Shown piece after piece: positions 7,847 through 18,172 of a stretch of 42,001 bases of DNA. The DNA is from Nanobdellota archaeon (GTDB taxonomy: Archaea; Nanobdellota; Nanobdellia; Woesearchaeales; GW2011-AR9), in contig JBBSYZ010000008.1 of the NCBI GenBank assembly GCA_038045005.1, positions 1 to 42,001 of the forward strand. Direction: 5' to 3'. The translations under genes were made by a program, and so were the position numbers. How positions within the stretch are numbered: position 1 is the stretch's first letter; each line of letters opens with the position of its first letter. The notes beneath the pieces are model-generated. The model saw only the letters and a program-made list of their open reading frames with translations. It ran no database searches and had not been told where the DNA came from.

Positions 7847-8032
7847 TGCGGTAGCGGGGACTTCCGCGGCATTTCCTGCCTTTCGAACCCCGGTCACAGC
7901 CTCATTACAGACTTTTACAATCTTTCGTCAAGGGGGGACTAAGGAGTAAACTCCGAAGGTCGCCCGCTTTTTACGAGATTTTTTGCAAAAATCTCTGGCA
8001 AGGCCGTATACTAACCACTATACTACTACCGC
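7847..8032 (-). tRNA. tRNA-Gly(GCC) with two introns (7903-7995 at 37/38, 93 nt; 7861-7881 at 59/60)
   Basis: Acceptor GCGGTAG/CTACCGC+A; stem CGGCC/GGCTG with TT-GCC-A; BHB helix TTGC/GTAA; T arm CGGGG/CCCCG. Confidence 0.9.
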
Positions 8033-8116
8033 ATCAAGAATGCAAAATGCAGATTATTAATAAAGTTTATCGTTTTATACATTAAAAAAGATAAAAAGAA
8101 AAAAAAACAAACGATT

Positions 8117-8476
8117 TTATTTTCTTGCCAAGGAAAATGCAGCTCGCAGTGCCACGATTATAGTAGCAGGGACGAACAAAGTCAAAATTGATTGTAGAAC
8201 CCCGACTAAAACATCAACTCCGGCGCCTTGGACTGAACCTAAAACATTTGCTCCCAGGAACGATACTAAAACAAGCACGGTTCCGCTGGTCAGGAACGCA
8301 GAAGTCTCCTGCGAGGTAATGTTCAACAACCCCACGACTAAACCTAGCAAGAATACAACCCATAACATTTGCCCTGCGTACGGACCGGTAAGTCCGACTC
8401 CCAGAAGCACTGCTAGGACCAATCCGACTAGAAATGACCAAGCTCCAAGCATATTGCTGGCACCTAATTTCTTCAT
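8117..8476 (-). CDS. Hypothetical 4-TM membrane protein
   Basis: SD GAGGTG; four hydrophobic helices; 'GLVVGLLNIT..E..AFL' pattern. Confidence 0.8.
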   Translation of the reverse strand: MKKLGASNMLGAWSFLVGLVLAVLLGVGLTGPYAGQMLWVVFLLGLVVGLLNITSQETSAFLTSGTVLVLVSFLGANVLGSVQGAGVDVLVGVLQSILTLFVPATIIVALRAAFSLARK

Positions 8477-8665
8477 TTAAAACACCTCTTTTTTTGTATT
8501 GAAGCACAAATATTCCTAAAAATATTTGACACTTCGCACATAATTGGAAACGTTATGTTCCCACACAGATATTGTAGAAAAACTTTTTCATTTATAAGAG
8601 TTTTGATTTTGGGAACACTAAAACAAACAAAAACTTAATAAACCAACCTAAACTCAAGAGAAAAT

Positions 8666-8822
8666 CCCCCCTTAGTTTAGCGGCTAGAACACTCGGCTGT
8701 AGAAACTCTTTAGAATTGTCACCGATGACTGAAATGAAAAAGAGTCAGCCAGTAGTCACCGAGGAATCCCCGGTTCGAAAAAACAACAAACCAATTGTTG
8801 TCTGAAAATCCGGGAGGGGGGA
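8666..8822 (+). tRNA. tRNA-Tyr(GTA) with two introns (8703-8757 at 37/38; 8780-8808 at 59/60)
   Basis: C1-G72 acceptor CCCCCCT/AGGGGGG+A; stem CTCGG/CCGAG with CT-GTA-G; short variable loop typical of archaeal tRNA-Tyr. Confidence 0.92.
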
Positions 8823-8870
8823 CTTTTTTCTTGACACGGTAAACACTAAAAGATGTGCGAAAACAGAAAG

Positions 8871-8879
8871 CTTTATAAA
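8871..8879 (+). promoter_or_regulatory. TATA box (CTTTATAAA) with purine-rich BRE upstream of the hairpin/tRNA-Asp/tRNA-Lys cluster
   Basis: GAAAGCTTTATAAA about 25 nt upstream of the hairpin at 8903. Confidence 0.6.
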
Positions 8880-8978
8880 CAACCCCCCGTTTTTATCGAA
8901 AAATGACAGCAAACCTTCTATATGTTACCCTCTAAAAGTGGAAATTTAACATATAGGCGAAGTGCTGTCATAAAAAAT

Positions 8979-9123
8979 GCCCTGGTAGTGTAGTGGCCTA
9001 GCATGGGGCCCTGTCGTAATCATTTGGGGGTATGGCCTAAATGATTTGGAGAAAGGCCCCGACCCGGGTTCGAATGTGGTTGGGAGAGGTTTCACAATCA
9101 GTAAGAAAATCCCGGCCAGGGCG
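8979..9123 (+). tRNA. tRNA-Asp(GTC) with two introns (9017-9053; 9075-9109)
   Basis: Acceptor GCCCTGG/CCAGGGC+G; stem GGGCC/GGCCC with CT-GTC-G; T arm CCGGG/CCCGG. Confidence 0.92.
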
Positions 9124-9129
9124 TTCCTT

Positions 9130-9266
9130 GGGCCGGTAGCTCAGCTTGGTTGAGCGCTTGACTTTTAAGCAAGCGAACAAAGAGATCAAGAGGTCAGGGG
9201 TTCAAATGGTTTCCGAAACTCGGCAAACTGCCTGGATACGGAAACTTGAATGTCCCCTCCGGCCCG
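9130..9266 (+). tRNA. tRNA-Lys(TTT) with two introns (9168-9184; 9207-9252)
   Basis: Acceptor GGGCCGG/CCGGCCC+G; stem CTTGA/TCAAG with CT-TTT-A; BHB helices CTTT/AAAG and TTCA/TGAA. Confidence 0.92.
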
Positions 9267-9302
9267 CTTTATATTCAATTGAAAAAACATCATAGGGGGT
9301 AA

Positions 9303-9551
9303 TTGACGGACAAAATGGGTTTTGACGTACGCAATCATCATTTGGTTTGTAACCACTCGAAGGCAAGCGACGCAGAAAAAGAAACGCTGCTGAAGAGATA
9401 TAATATAGGTATCAGGGATTTACCGAAAATTCTGCGGCTGGACCCAGCAATTGCCGCACTTAATCCTCAAGAAGGAGATGTTATTAAAATTGAGCGGATC
9501 AGCAAAACTGCCGGCAAAACAGAATATTACCGCATGGTAATAGAGAGTTGA
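9303..9551 (+). CDS. rpoH: RNA polymerase subunit H (Rpo5); start may be ATG 9315
   Basis: H-LV..H, LPKI..DPA, GDVIKIER.S.TAG..YYR.V. Confidence 0.95.
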   Translation: MTDKMGFDVRNHHLVCNHSKASDAEKETLLKRYNIGIRDLPKILRLDPAIAALNPQEGDVIKIERISKTAGKTEYYRMVIES

Positions 9552-9557
9552 TAAAAC

Positions 9558-11030
9558 ATGGAAAAATCCGCCCTCATCAAAAAATATTTCGAAGAAAAAA
9601 AGTTTGTAGAGAGCAATATCAAATCATACAACAACTTTATTGAAAAAGGCCTGCAGGAAGTTATCGAAGAAAACAAAGAAGCTGAACCAACCATCATCCC
9701 CCATAACATTGAAAAGTTCAAGATCCGTTTTGGCAGAATTACCGTCGGAAAGCCGGAGATAACGGAAGCTGACGGAAGTAAGCGGCCGATTCACCCTATG
9801 GAATCACGCCTGCGGAAAATTTCTTATTCTGCCCCCATCTTCTTGGAGATTAGCACTTATATTAACGACGTGCAGCGGGAAAATTTTGTCGCAGAAGTAG
9901 GTAAAATGCCTATCATGCTGCGCAGTAAATTCTGCCACCTGCACGGTTTGGGCAAGGAAGAGCAGATTAAACGTGGTGAAGACCCCACCGACCCAGGGGG
10001 ATATTTCATCATTAATGGAACTGAAAAATTAATAGTTACAGTGGAAGATTTGGCCGGAAATAATTTCATGGTTGAAGACGGCGCTTCCGGATTCACAGGG
10101 AGATATTTTGCCAGTAAAGGATCTTATAAGATACCCCACACTTTTGAACGGAAGAAAGACGGAATTTATTATATGACTTTCACCAGAGTAAAAAATATGC
10201 CTATTATAATAATCCTCAAAGCTCTGGGCTTGGTAAAAGATGAGGAGATCATTAAAACTCTATCTACAGAAAAAAATTATGAGGAAGTAATCCTTAATCT
10301 GTTTGAATTTGTAGAGATCAAAAGCCAGGAAGATGCAGTAGATTATATAGCTAAGAGGGTTGGCGCAGCCCAGCCAAAAGAAATCCGCATGGAGAGGACC
10401 AAAGAGCTTCTTAATAAATATTTACTGCCAAACGTAGGCATGGAGCCTTCTGCTATGCGGGTAAAAGCAATAAACCTATGCAAGATGCTGAAAAAATTCA
10501 TTGACGTCAGCAACGGAGTAAGACCTGCTGAAGATAAAGACCATTACATGAACAAAAGGCTGCGCATGAGCGGAGATTTACTGATAGATTTATTCCGGGT
10601 GAATTTTAAAATATTGGTCGGAGACATACTTTACAATTTCCAGAGAATAATTAAACGGGGAAAACTGCCTTCCGTCCGCGTCATTATCCGCGGAAAACTA
10701 TTAACTTCGCGGCTGTACTCTGCCATGGCGACAGGGGAATGGGTCGGCGGCCGACAGGGGATTTCGCAAAGGATGAGCAGAACTAATTACCTAGATATGA
10801 TTTCCCATCTTCAAAGGATAGTAAGCCCGCTGTCTGCCTCGCAGGAGAACTTTGATGCGCGGGCTTTGCATTGCACACATATTGGGCGGCTTTGCCCTAT
10901 TGAAACTCCGGAAGGCACCAATATTGGTTTAAGAAAAAATCTAGCCATGCTTTGTTCCATCTCACAAGACCACGAAGAGAAGGAAGTTCTTGAAAAAATA
11001 AAAACCCTAGGGGTTATGGAGATGCGGTAA
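9558..11030 (+). CDS. rpoB2: RNA polymerase subunit B'' (Rpo2N)
   Basis: DPGGYFIINGTE, DKDHYMNKRLR, CPIETPEG motifs. Confidence 0.97.
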   Translation: MEKSALIKKYFEEKKFVESNIKSYNNFIEKGLQEVIEENKEAEPTIIPHNIEKFKIRFGRITVGKPEITEADGSKRPIHPMESRLRKISYSAPIFLEISTYINDVQRENFVAEVGKMPIMLRSKFCHLHGLGKEEQIKRGEDPTDPGGYFIINGTEKLIVTVEDLAGNNFMVEDGASGFTGRYFASKGSYKIPHTFERKKDGIYYMTFTRVKNMPIIIILKALGLVKDEEIIKTLSTEKNYEEVILNLFEFVEIKSQEDAVDYIAKRVGAAQPKEIRMERTKELLNKYLLPNVGMEPSAMRVKAINLCKMLKKFIDVSNGVRPAEDKDHYMNKRLRMSGDLLIDLFRVNFKILVGDILYNFQRIIKRGKLPSVRVIIRGKLLTSRLYSAMATGEWVGGRQGISQRMSRTNYLDMISHLQRIVSPLSASQENFDARALHCTHIGRLCPIETPEGTNIGLRKNLAMLCSISQDHEEKEVLEKIKTLGVMEMR

Positions 11031-11032
11031 AA

Positions 11033-12838
11033 ATGGCTGAAGTTTACCTTAACTCCAAATTCGTAGGAATGGTTGAAAATCCGCCCAGTTTTATTTCTGA
11101 AGTCAAAGATTTGCGGAGGAAGGGCGCCATCTCTGAGGAAGTAAGCGTCTATTACGACGCGGAAGCGCAGGAAGTTCACCTTGCCTGTGATGCCGGAAGA
11201 GCACAGCGGCCGCTGATAATCGTCAAAGAAGGAAAATCACTGCTTACAGAAAAATATCTTAGACAGCTCGGCGAGGGAGAAATTACCTGGCACGATCTGA
11301 TCAGGCAGGGCGTCATCGAATATCTTGATGCCGCTGAAGAAGAAAACGCTTTTGTCGCTTACGACGAAGCAGAACTCACTCCGCAGCATACCCATGTCGA
11401 AATTACTCCCGGATCAATCTGCGGGATTACCACCTCCTTAGTACCTTTTGGAAACTACAACCAATCATCCCGTCTTATCATTGGAAGTAAAAACCAAAAA
11501 CAGGCCTTGGGATTTTACGCTTCTAATTATCACTTGCGCATGGATATGGATTCAAATCTTCTCCATTACCCGCAATATCCTATTGTAAAAACAAAAGTCC
11601 ACGAAATCATTGAATATGAACAGCACCCTTCAGGACAAAATATGATTGTTGCGGTTATGAGCTACGACGGCTACAACATGGAAGACGGAGTAATACTTGG
11701 CAAGGCATCAGTTGAACGCGGCCTAGCAAGAAGCACTTATTTCAGACCCGTAGAGACGCAGGAACTGCGGTACTCCGGCGGATTAATCGACGAGGTTTCC
11801 GTTCCTGATAAAGATGTAAAAGGGTACCGGAGCGAACACGACTACCGATTTCTGGAGGGAGATGGAATTATTTATCCTGAAGCTAAAGTTAATGAAGGAG
11901 ATGTAGTTATCGGGCGAACCAGTCCGCCGCGATTCTTAAACAGCATGGACGAATATAATCTAGCTGCCGCTACCCGGCGCGAAAGTTCTGTGAGTTTGAA
12001 ACATGGAGAGAGAGGCGTAACTGACTTTGTAGTCCTTACTGAAAACGAAGAAGGGAATAAATTAGTCCAGGTGCGCCTGCGAGATGAAAGAATTCCAGAA
12101 ATTGGGGATAAATTCACCAGCCGGCACGGTCAAAAAGGAGTTACCGGAATTTTAGTGCCGGCCGAGGATCTTCCATTTTCTGAAAGCGGAATAACCCCTG
12201 ACGTAATTTTCACACCGCACGGGATTTCTTCAAGAATGACGGTTTCTCATCTGATTGAACTTATCGGCGGAAAAGTAGGAGCATTGGCCGGAAGATATGT
12301 TGACGGAACTTTATTCGAATCTGAAAAAGAAGAGGATCTGCGGAAAGAATTGCTCAGTTTGGGATTTAATGGGAATGGCACGGAAATATTCTATGATGGT
12401 AGAACTGGAAAACAGATGCTCGCCAGAATTTTCGTCGGAAATATGTACTATTTACGATTGCGCCACATGGTCGCTAACAAAGTGCAGGCGAGAGCGCGCG
12501 GCCCTATACAGTTATTGACCCGGCAGCCCACCGAAGGTAAAGCTAAAGAAGGGGGGCTTAGATTAGGTGAGATGGAGAAGGACACTTTTATCGCTCATGG
12601 GGCAAGCCTGCTCTTGAAAGAAAGATTTGACTCTGATAAAATTACCGTGCCGGTCTGTGAAAAGTCGGGACTGATGGGATATTATGATCCCCGTAAAGGC
12701 GGAAGGGCCATATCAACTATTTACGGAGAGAATGCTGAAATGTCTAACATAGAAATAAGTTATGCCTTCAAGCTGCTGCTTGATGAAATAAGAACTTTGG
12801 GTATTTATCCTAAATTACATTTAAAAAGCAAATATTAA
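11033..12838 (+). CDS. rpoB1: RNA polymerase subunit B' (Rpo2C)
   Basis: GYNMED, GDKFTSRHGQKG, GGLRLGEME motifs. Confidence 0.97.
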   Translation: MAEVYLNSKFVGMVENPPSFISEVKDLRRKGAISEEVSVYYDAEAQEVHLACDAGRAQRPLIIVKEGKSLLTEKYLRQLGEGEITWHDLIRQGVIEYLDAAEEENAFVAYDEAELTPQHTHVEITPGSICGITTSLVPFGNYNQSSRLIIGSKNQKQALGFYASNYHLRMDMDSNLLHYPQYPIVKTKVHEIIEYEQHPSGQNMIVAVMSYDGYNMEDGVILGKASVERGLARSTYFRPVETQELRYSGGLIDEVSVPDKDVKGYRSEHDYRFLEGDGIIYPEAKVNEGDVVIGRTSPPRFLNSMDEYNLAAATRRESSVSLKHGERGVTDFVVLTENEEGNKLVQVRLRDERIPEIGDKFTSRHGQKGVTGILVPAEDLPFSESGITPDVIFTPHGISSRMTVSHLIELIGGKVGALAGRYVDGTLFESEKEEDLRKELLSLGFNGNGTEIFYDGRTGKQMLARIFVGNMYYLRLRHMVANKVQARARGPIQLLTRQPTEGKAKEGGLRLGEMEKDTFIAHGASLLLKERFDSDKITVPVCEKSGLMGYYDPRKGGRAISTIYGENAEMSNIEISYAFKLLLDEIRTLGIYPKLHLKSKY

Positions 12839-12877
12839 ATATAAAAAAAAATATAAATAAAAAATAAAGGAATCAAA

Positions 12878-15451
12878 ATGAACCACGAAGTCCATAAAAA
12901 AATTGACCGCATTTCATTTGGAGTATTTTCTCCAAAAATGATGATCGACGCTGCGGCAGCTAAAATTGTAACCCCGGAACTGTATGATCAGGAAGGATAC
13001 CCAGTAGACGGCGGCTTGATGGATTTACGTTTAGGAGTTATTGATCCGGGGCTGGTATGTAAGACTGACGGGCTAAAACTCAAAGAAAGCCTGGGGCATT
13101 TTGGATACATAGAGTTAGCCCGGCCGGTAATTCATATCAAGTTTGTACGGCAAATATTGGATTTATTGCGGTCAACATGTAAAGTTTGCGGAAGAATTCT
13201 CATACCGGAAGAAAAAGTTAAACGCTATGTTGCTATGCTCAACAAGACGGGAGAAGAAGAAGGGCTGGAAACACGAAGAAGAAAAGTGAAAGTTATTGTA
13301 GCCAAATATAAGGCTAAGGATAAATGCCCGCATTGTAACAGTAAGCAGGAAAAGATCAAGATTGAAAAACCATACAACTTCTATGAAGGGGAAACGCGTT
13401 TAAGCCCCATCGAAGTGCGGGCCAGATTGGAAAAATTGTCTGAAGAAGATTTGTTTATTTTCGGGTTCAGTCCGGAAAATTTCCGTCCGGAATGGATGGT
13501 GCTTACTGTTCTTCAAATCCCGCCTGTAACCATGAGACCGAGCATCACTCTTGAATCCGGAGAGAGAAGTGAAGACGACTTGACACACAAACTGGGTGAT
13601 ATTGTGCGGATTAACCAGCGATTATTTGAAAATATCAATGCTGGTGCTCCGGAAGTCATCATCGAAGATCTCTGGGACTTGCTGCAATATCACGTCACTA
13701 CATTTTTTGATAACGAAGTTGCTCAACTTCCGCCGGCGCGCCACCGTGGCGGACAGCCGCTTAAAACATTGACTGAAAGGATCAAAAGCAAAGAAGGGCG
13801 CATTAGGCATAATCTGGCCGGTAAGAGAACTGATTTCTCTGCACGGACGGTCATCAGCCCCGATCCGATGATTGCTTTGAACGAAGTTGGAGTCCCTTTG
13901 AGCATAGCTATGCAGCTAACAGTTCCTGAACGAGTTACGGAATGGAACAAGGAATATCTGCGCAAGTTGATTGAAAGCGGCCCTAAAAAATATCCGGGAG
14001 CCAATTACGTTATCAAGCCTAACGGAAGAAGAAAAACGATTACTGAAGAGACTAAGCAAGAAATCCTGGAAGAGCTTGGTGAAGAATATATTGTAGAAAG
14101 ACATTTGGTCAACAAGGATATTGCTCTTTTCAACCGACAGCCTTCGCTGCATCGAATGAGCATGATGTGCCATTTAGTCAAAGTCCTGCCCGGAAATACT
14201 TTCCGTTTAAATCCGGCAGTATGTAATCCGTATAACGCCGATTTCGACGGAGACGAGATGAACCTTCACATCCCCCAGAATGAAGAAGCCCGGGCTGAAG
14301 CGCGCATCTTGATGCTGGTAGAAACACAGATCATAAGCCCGAGGTATGGACTAAGCGTGGTAGGTTGCATCCATGATGCCATTACCGGCAATTATTTACT
14401 GACTAAAGAATTGGTCCTCACCAGGAACGAAGCAGTGGATTTGCTTTACAGCTGCGGCGTAGAAGACGTATCTCATTTACTGCAGAAAGATAAGATTGAT
14501 GGAAAAGAAGTTTTCTCTGTATTGCTGCCAAAAGATTTCAATTTCATGGGTGAGGATAAAAGCGGAAATCAGGTTAAGATAGTAAATGGCGTGTTGAAAA
14601 CTGGAGTCATGGATAAATCAAATTTAGGTCAGGAAAGCGGATTGATGCTGCGGAATATCTATGAAAAGTATGGTTCTGCCTTCACCGCCGATTTATTAGG
14701 CAAGATATCAAAACTGGGAATTGCCGTATTGACGCGCCGTGGGTTCACTATTGGCGTCGGTGATTTTGATCTGCTTGAAGAAACCAAGGAAGAAATCAAT
14801 GCCGCAATCAGGAAAGCGGAAGAAGAAGCATTAAAACTTATAGATGAATATTATGCCGGAAAACTGCACGCGCTTCCAGGAAGAACAGTCGCAGAGACTT
14901 TAGAGCTGCGTATTTTAGAAGTGCTGAACCGCGCCAGAAATAAAAGCGGAGATATCGCGGTACGGCAAGTTCGTGAAAGTTCAGCACTGACCATGGCCAG
15001 ATGCGGTTCGCGGGGAAACCCATTAAACATTGCACAGATGACTGCTATCGTCGGTCAGCAAGCCCTGCGCGGAAAGAGAATCGAAACCGGTTTCAAAGGA
15101 AGAACTCTCCCTTATTTTAAGCGAAATGATCTTAGCCCAAAAGCGCATGGATTCATCAAAAATAATTTCAAAAGCGGATTGACGCCGAGCGAATTTTTCT
15201 TTGGAGCCATGACTGGGCGGGACGCTCTTATGGATACTGCTCTGCGTACTCCAAAATCAGGGTACCTATATAGACGATTATCTAACGCCATGCAGGACCT
15301 CAAAGTAGTGTATGACGGTTCGGTGCGCGATGCCAGCGGAAAGATCGTGCAATTTTCTTATGGAGAGGATAATCTTGACGTTTCCAAAACCAAGAACGGC
15401 GTAATTGATGTGAAAGAAATAATCCAACAGATAGTTGGCGGGGAGAAGTAA
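12878..15451 (+). CDS. rpoA1: RNA polymerase subunit A' (Rpo1N)
   Basis: [11 protein letters not shown] catalytic motif; NRQPSLH; SGYLYRRL. Confidence 0.98.
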   Translation: MNHEVHKKIDRISFGVFSPKMMIDAAAAKIVTPELYDQEGYPVDGGLMDLRLGVIDPGLVCKTDGLKLKESLGHFGYIELARPVIHIKFVRQILDLLRSTCKVCGRILIPEEKVKRYVAMLNKTGEEEGLETRRRKVKVIVAKYKAKDKCPHCNSKQEKIKIEKPYNFYEGETRLSPIEVRARLEKLSEEDLFIFGFSPENFRPEWMVLTVLQIPPVTMRPSITLESGERSEDDLTHKLGDIVRINQRLFENINAGAPEVIIEDLWDLLQYHVTTFFDNEVAQLPPARHRGGQPLKTLTERIKSKEGRIRHNLAGKRTDFSARTVISPDPMIALNEVGVPLSIAMQLTVPERVTEWNKEYLRKLIESGPKKYPGANYVIKPNGRRKTITEETKQEILEELGEEYIVERHLVNKDIALFNRQPSLHRMSMMCHLVKVLPGNTFRLNPAVCNPYNADFDGDEMNLHIPQNEEARAEARILMLVETQIISPRYGLSVVGCIHDAITGNYLLTKELVLTRNEAVDLLYSCGVEDVSHLLQKDKIDGKEVFSVLLPKDFNFMGEDKSGNQVKIVNGVLKTGVMDKSNLGQESGLMLRNIYEKYGSAFTADLLGKISKLGIAVLTRRGFTIGVGDFDLLEETKEEINAAIRKAEEEALKLIDEYYAGKLHALPGRTVAETLELRILEVLNRARNKSGDIAVRQVRESSALTMARCGSRGNPLNIAQMTAIVGQQALRGKRIETGFKGRTLPYFKRNDLSPKAHGFIKNNFKSGLTPSEFFFGAMTGRDALMDTALRTPKSGYLYRRLSNAMQDLKVVYDGSVRDASGKIVQFSYGEDNLDVSKTKNGVIDVKEIIQQIVGGEK

Positions 15452-15452
15452 A

Positions 15453-16595
15453 ATGAAAAGCGAGCATGAAAAAATGGTGGACGAATACGCTGACCGGCTT
15501 CCCTATCTGGTGCTTGAAGACATCAAAAAGAACCTTCCGGCAAATCTTTCAAAGAGCGACTGCAGTAAAGCAGTGGAAGCCATTCTTGCCGCCCATAACG
15601 CTGCGAAAGTAAATCCCGGAGAATGTGTCGGGCTGGTGGGAGCGCAAAGCATCGGCGAACCGGGCACGCAGATGACCCTGAACACTTTCCACTTCGCAGG
15701 AGTCTCTGAGATGAACGTCACTACGGGACTGCCAAGAATCATTGAAATTTTTGATGCGCGAAAAGACATCAAAACGCCGATGATGGAAATTTTCTTAAAA
15801 ACTCCGCATAATAATGATATCGAGCTGCTAAAGAAGTTCGCTGCAAAGATCAAGGAAACAACTTTTGGAGAATTGGCTTCAGAATATTCACTTAATATAT
15901 TTGATCAAGTCCTGCAGGTAAAACTAAATCCTAATCTGTCGGATTACGGGCTATCGGCAAAAGATTTAGTTAAAGTCATTAAAGCTAAAGTGAAAGGTTT
16001 TGGTGTCGAGAGTACGGAAGATGAAATTACAGTCACTAAATCCGGAAAGAAGGAAGACCTCAAAGATATCTACAATTTAAAGGAGAAGATAAAAGAATTT
16101 AAAATTGCCGGAATAAAGGGCATAAAACAGGTGTTGCCGGTAAAGCGGGGAGAAGAGTATGTAATTTTAACATCCGGCACCAATCTGAAAGATATTCTTC
16201 CTATGCCGGAAGTTGATGCTGCCAGGACCACCAGCAATGATATCTGTGAAGTCCAGAATTTATTGGGCATTGAAGCTGCCCGGCAGGCTATAATCAATGA
16301 GGTCTACAAAGTTATCGACGCTCAGGGGTTGAATATTGATATCCGCCACATAATGATAGTGTCTGACATCATGTGCGCCACCGGAGAGGTTAAAGGAGTG
16401 ACCCGTTACGGAGTAGTAAAAGAAAAAGCCAGCGTGTTGGCCAGAGCTTCATTTGAAACGCCGATTAAGCATCTTATCAATGCCGCTTTGGAAGGAGAAG
16501 TAGATAAACTTTCATCCGTGGTTGAAAACGTCATGGTCAACCAGCCGGTCCCGGTAGGAACAGGACTGCCCGGATTGGTGACGAAGATAAAGTGA
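15453..16595 (+). CDS. rpoA2: RNA polymerase subunit A'' (Rpo1C)
   Basis: [17 protein letters not shown] trigger loop; ARASFE. Confidence 0.97.
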   Translation: MKSEHEKMVDEYADRLPYLVLEDIKKNLPANLSKSDCSKAVEAILAAHNAAKVNPGECVGLVGAQSIGEPGTQMTLNTFHFAGVSEMNVTTGLPRIIEIFDARKDIKTPMMEIFLKTPHNNDIELLKKFAAKIKETTFGELASEYSLNIFDQVLQVKLNPNLSDYGLSAKDLVKVIKAKVKGFGVESTEDEITVTKSGKKEDLKDIYNLKEKIKEFKIAGIKGIKQVLPVKRGEEYVILTSGTNLKDILPMPEVDAARTTSNDICEVQNLLGIEAARQAIINEVYKVIDAQGLNIDIRHIMIVSDIMCATGEVKGVTRYGVVKEKASVLARASFETPIKHLINAALEGEVDKLSSVVENVMVNQPVPVGTGLPGLVTKIK

Positions 16596-16633
16596 AGATA
16601 AATCAATAAACATTTAAAAAACAGACCGGAATA

Positions 16634-16921
16634 ATGATAAAAATGGCAGAAAATCTTGAGAAAGAAATGAAAGACCTGAAAGCTAAAGTTCAGGAAGGCA
16701 AAGCAGTGATAGGTAAAGAACAGACCTTAAAATGCCTGCGGGCAAAATCATTGCGCAAGGTATATTTAGCCAAGAACTGCCCGGAAAGCCTTAAAGAAGA
16801 CATCCATCGTTACGCTAAACTAATTAATACGCCAGTGGTAGAACTTGAACTTGACAACGAAGAGCTGGGCCTGTTCTGCAAGAAAAACTTCTTTATTTCT
16901 GTCCTGGGAACAACTGAATAA
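16634..16921 (+). CDS. rpl30e: Ribosomal protein L30e
   Basis: L7Ae/L30e pattern 'GKAVIG..T..VYLAKNCP..ELGLFCKKNF'; conserved operon position. Confidence 0.92.
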   Translation: MIKMAENLEKEMKDLKAKVQEGKAVIGKEQTLKCLRAKSLRKVYLAKNCPESLKEDIHRYAKLINTPVVELELDNEELGLFCKKNFFISVLGTTE

Positions 16922-16923
16922 AA

Positions 16924-17340
16924 TTGACACGACTAATACTTGACCAGGAATCCATGGGGCTTTGCTTGCTTATGGAAAGGATTACCAAAGCTAAGGTCAA
17001 GGACTGTTTTAAAGACGAAGAAGGCACCGTCTATTTTGTTGTCGGAAAAGGAGAGTTCGGCAAGGCAGTGGGAAAAGCCGGAAGCAGCATCAAGAACGTC
17101 CAGCAGGAGCTGGGGCGCAAAGTGAAGGTCATCGAATACAGCGACTCGGTCACGGAGTTCATCAGGAATATCATCTATCCCCTTACCGCTGCCGAAATTG
17201 TTGAAGACAACGGTCTTATCAGCATAAAAGAACCGTATAAAAAAGCAAAAAGTTTATTAATCGGACGTGGTGGAAAGAACATAAAACTAATAAACCGGGC
17301 TGTAAAACGGTTTTTTAACTATGAAGTAAAAGTGGTATAA
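16924..17340 (+). CDS. nusA: Archaeal NusA (two KH domains)
   Basis: GKAVGKAG and [11 protein letters not shown] loops; operon position. Confidence 0.92.
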   Translation: MTRLILDQESMGLCLLMERITKAKVKDCFKDEEGTVYFVVGKGEFGKAVGKAGSSIKNVQQELGRKVKVIEYSDSVTEFIRNIIYPLTAAEIVEDNGLISIKEPYKKAKSLLIGRGGKNIKLINRAVKRFFNYEVKVV

Positions 17341-17345
17341 TCAAC

Positions 17346-17765
17346 ATGGGGAAAAAAACTAACGGATTGGCGGCGGCCAAGAAACTTAAGAAAAGAAGAA
17401 ATCAGTACAAGATAGTCAGCAGAACTAAAAGAAAGAAGAAGGTAGACCCATTAAAAGGCTCTTCGCAGGCTAAAGCTATCGTTCTGGAGAAAATTCAGGT
17501 AGAAGCTAAACAGCCAAACTCCGCTATGAGAAAATGTGCTAGAGTCCAGTTAGTCAAAAATGGAAAACAGATAACTGCTTTCATGCCCGGCGATGGAGCT
17601 CAGAAATTAATCAATGAGCACGACGAAGTCATCATAGAATGCATCGGCGGGAAAATGGGCCGCTCTAAAGGAGATTTGCCTTGTATCAGATGGCAGGTCA
17701 TCAAAGTTAACGATCAAAGCTTAGATGCCTTATTGAGAGGTAAATTGGAGAAAGCAAGGAGATAA
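17346..17765 (+). CDS. rps12: Ribosomal protein uS12
   Basis: [22 protein letters not shown]. Confidence 0.98.
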   Translation: MGKKTNGLAAAKKLKKRRNQYKIVSRTKRKKKVDPLKGSSQAKAIVLEKIQVEAKQPNSAMRKCARVQLVKNGKQITAFMPGDGAQKLINEHDEVIIECIGGKMGRSKGDLPCIRWQVIKVNDQSLDALLRGKLEKARR

Positions 17766-17767
17766 AC

Positions 17768-18166
17768 ATGGCAATTGGAATTATTTACTACTTATCTATT
17801 GAAGACAGAATTAGAGATGAGAAAGGAAATGTTGTTCAGCGTGCTGTTATAGCTAGAGCTAGTGGAAATCTTCCAGCTGAATGGACATATAACCCAAAAG
17901 CAAAACCGCAAAAAACGTTCAATTCCGAGGATACCGAATTTGATACTTCTTTTAGCATAATTCATCCTTTTAGAGATGCTGCTAAAACTATTGCAGAACA
18001 TTATGCGCAAAATGGGGATGCAAGCGCACCCAAAGTAAAATACAACACTAGCATCAATGATGCTCAGAAAACATTGTTTGAAAATATTCTTGCTCAGGAA
18101 TATGATGCAGTAAAAAAACAAGAAAACAAAGGATATACTTCCCGAGCGAGTCATCCATTAGACTGA
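17768..18166 (+). CDS. Hypothetical protein inserted between rps12 and rps7
   Basis: 132-aa ORF, ATG 2 nt after the rps12 stop, stop 6 nt before rps7; no recognisable motif. Confidence 0.75.
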   Translation: MAIGIIYYLSIEDRIRDEKGNVVQRAVIARASGNLPAEWTYNPKAKPQKTFNSEDTEFDTSFSIIHPFRDAAKTIAEHYAQNGDASAPKVKYNTSINDAQKTLFENILAQEYDAVKKQENKGYTSRASHPLD

Positions 18167-18172
18167 ATAAAA

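Noticed and set aside
7690-7897. Hydrophobic 60-66 aa ORFs
   Set aside because: Artefacts of the low-complexity A/T tract, overlapping a tRNA and the MITE end
7380-8035. Possible SRP RNA or RNase P RNA
   Set aside because: No SRP helix-8 or RNase P GAGGAAAGUCC motif; structure is explained by the MITE and tRNA-Gly(GCC)
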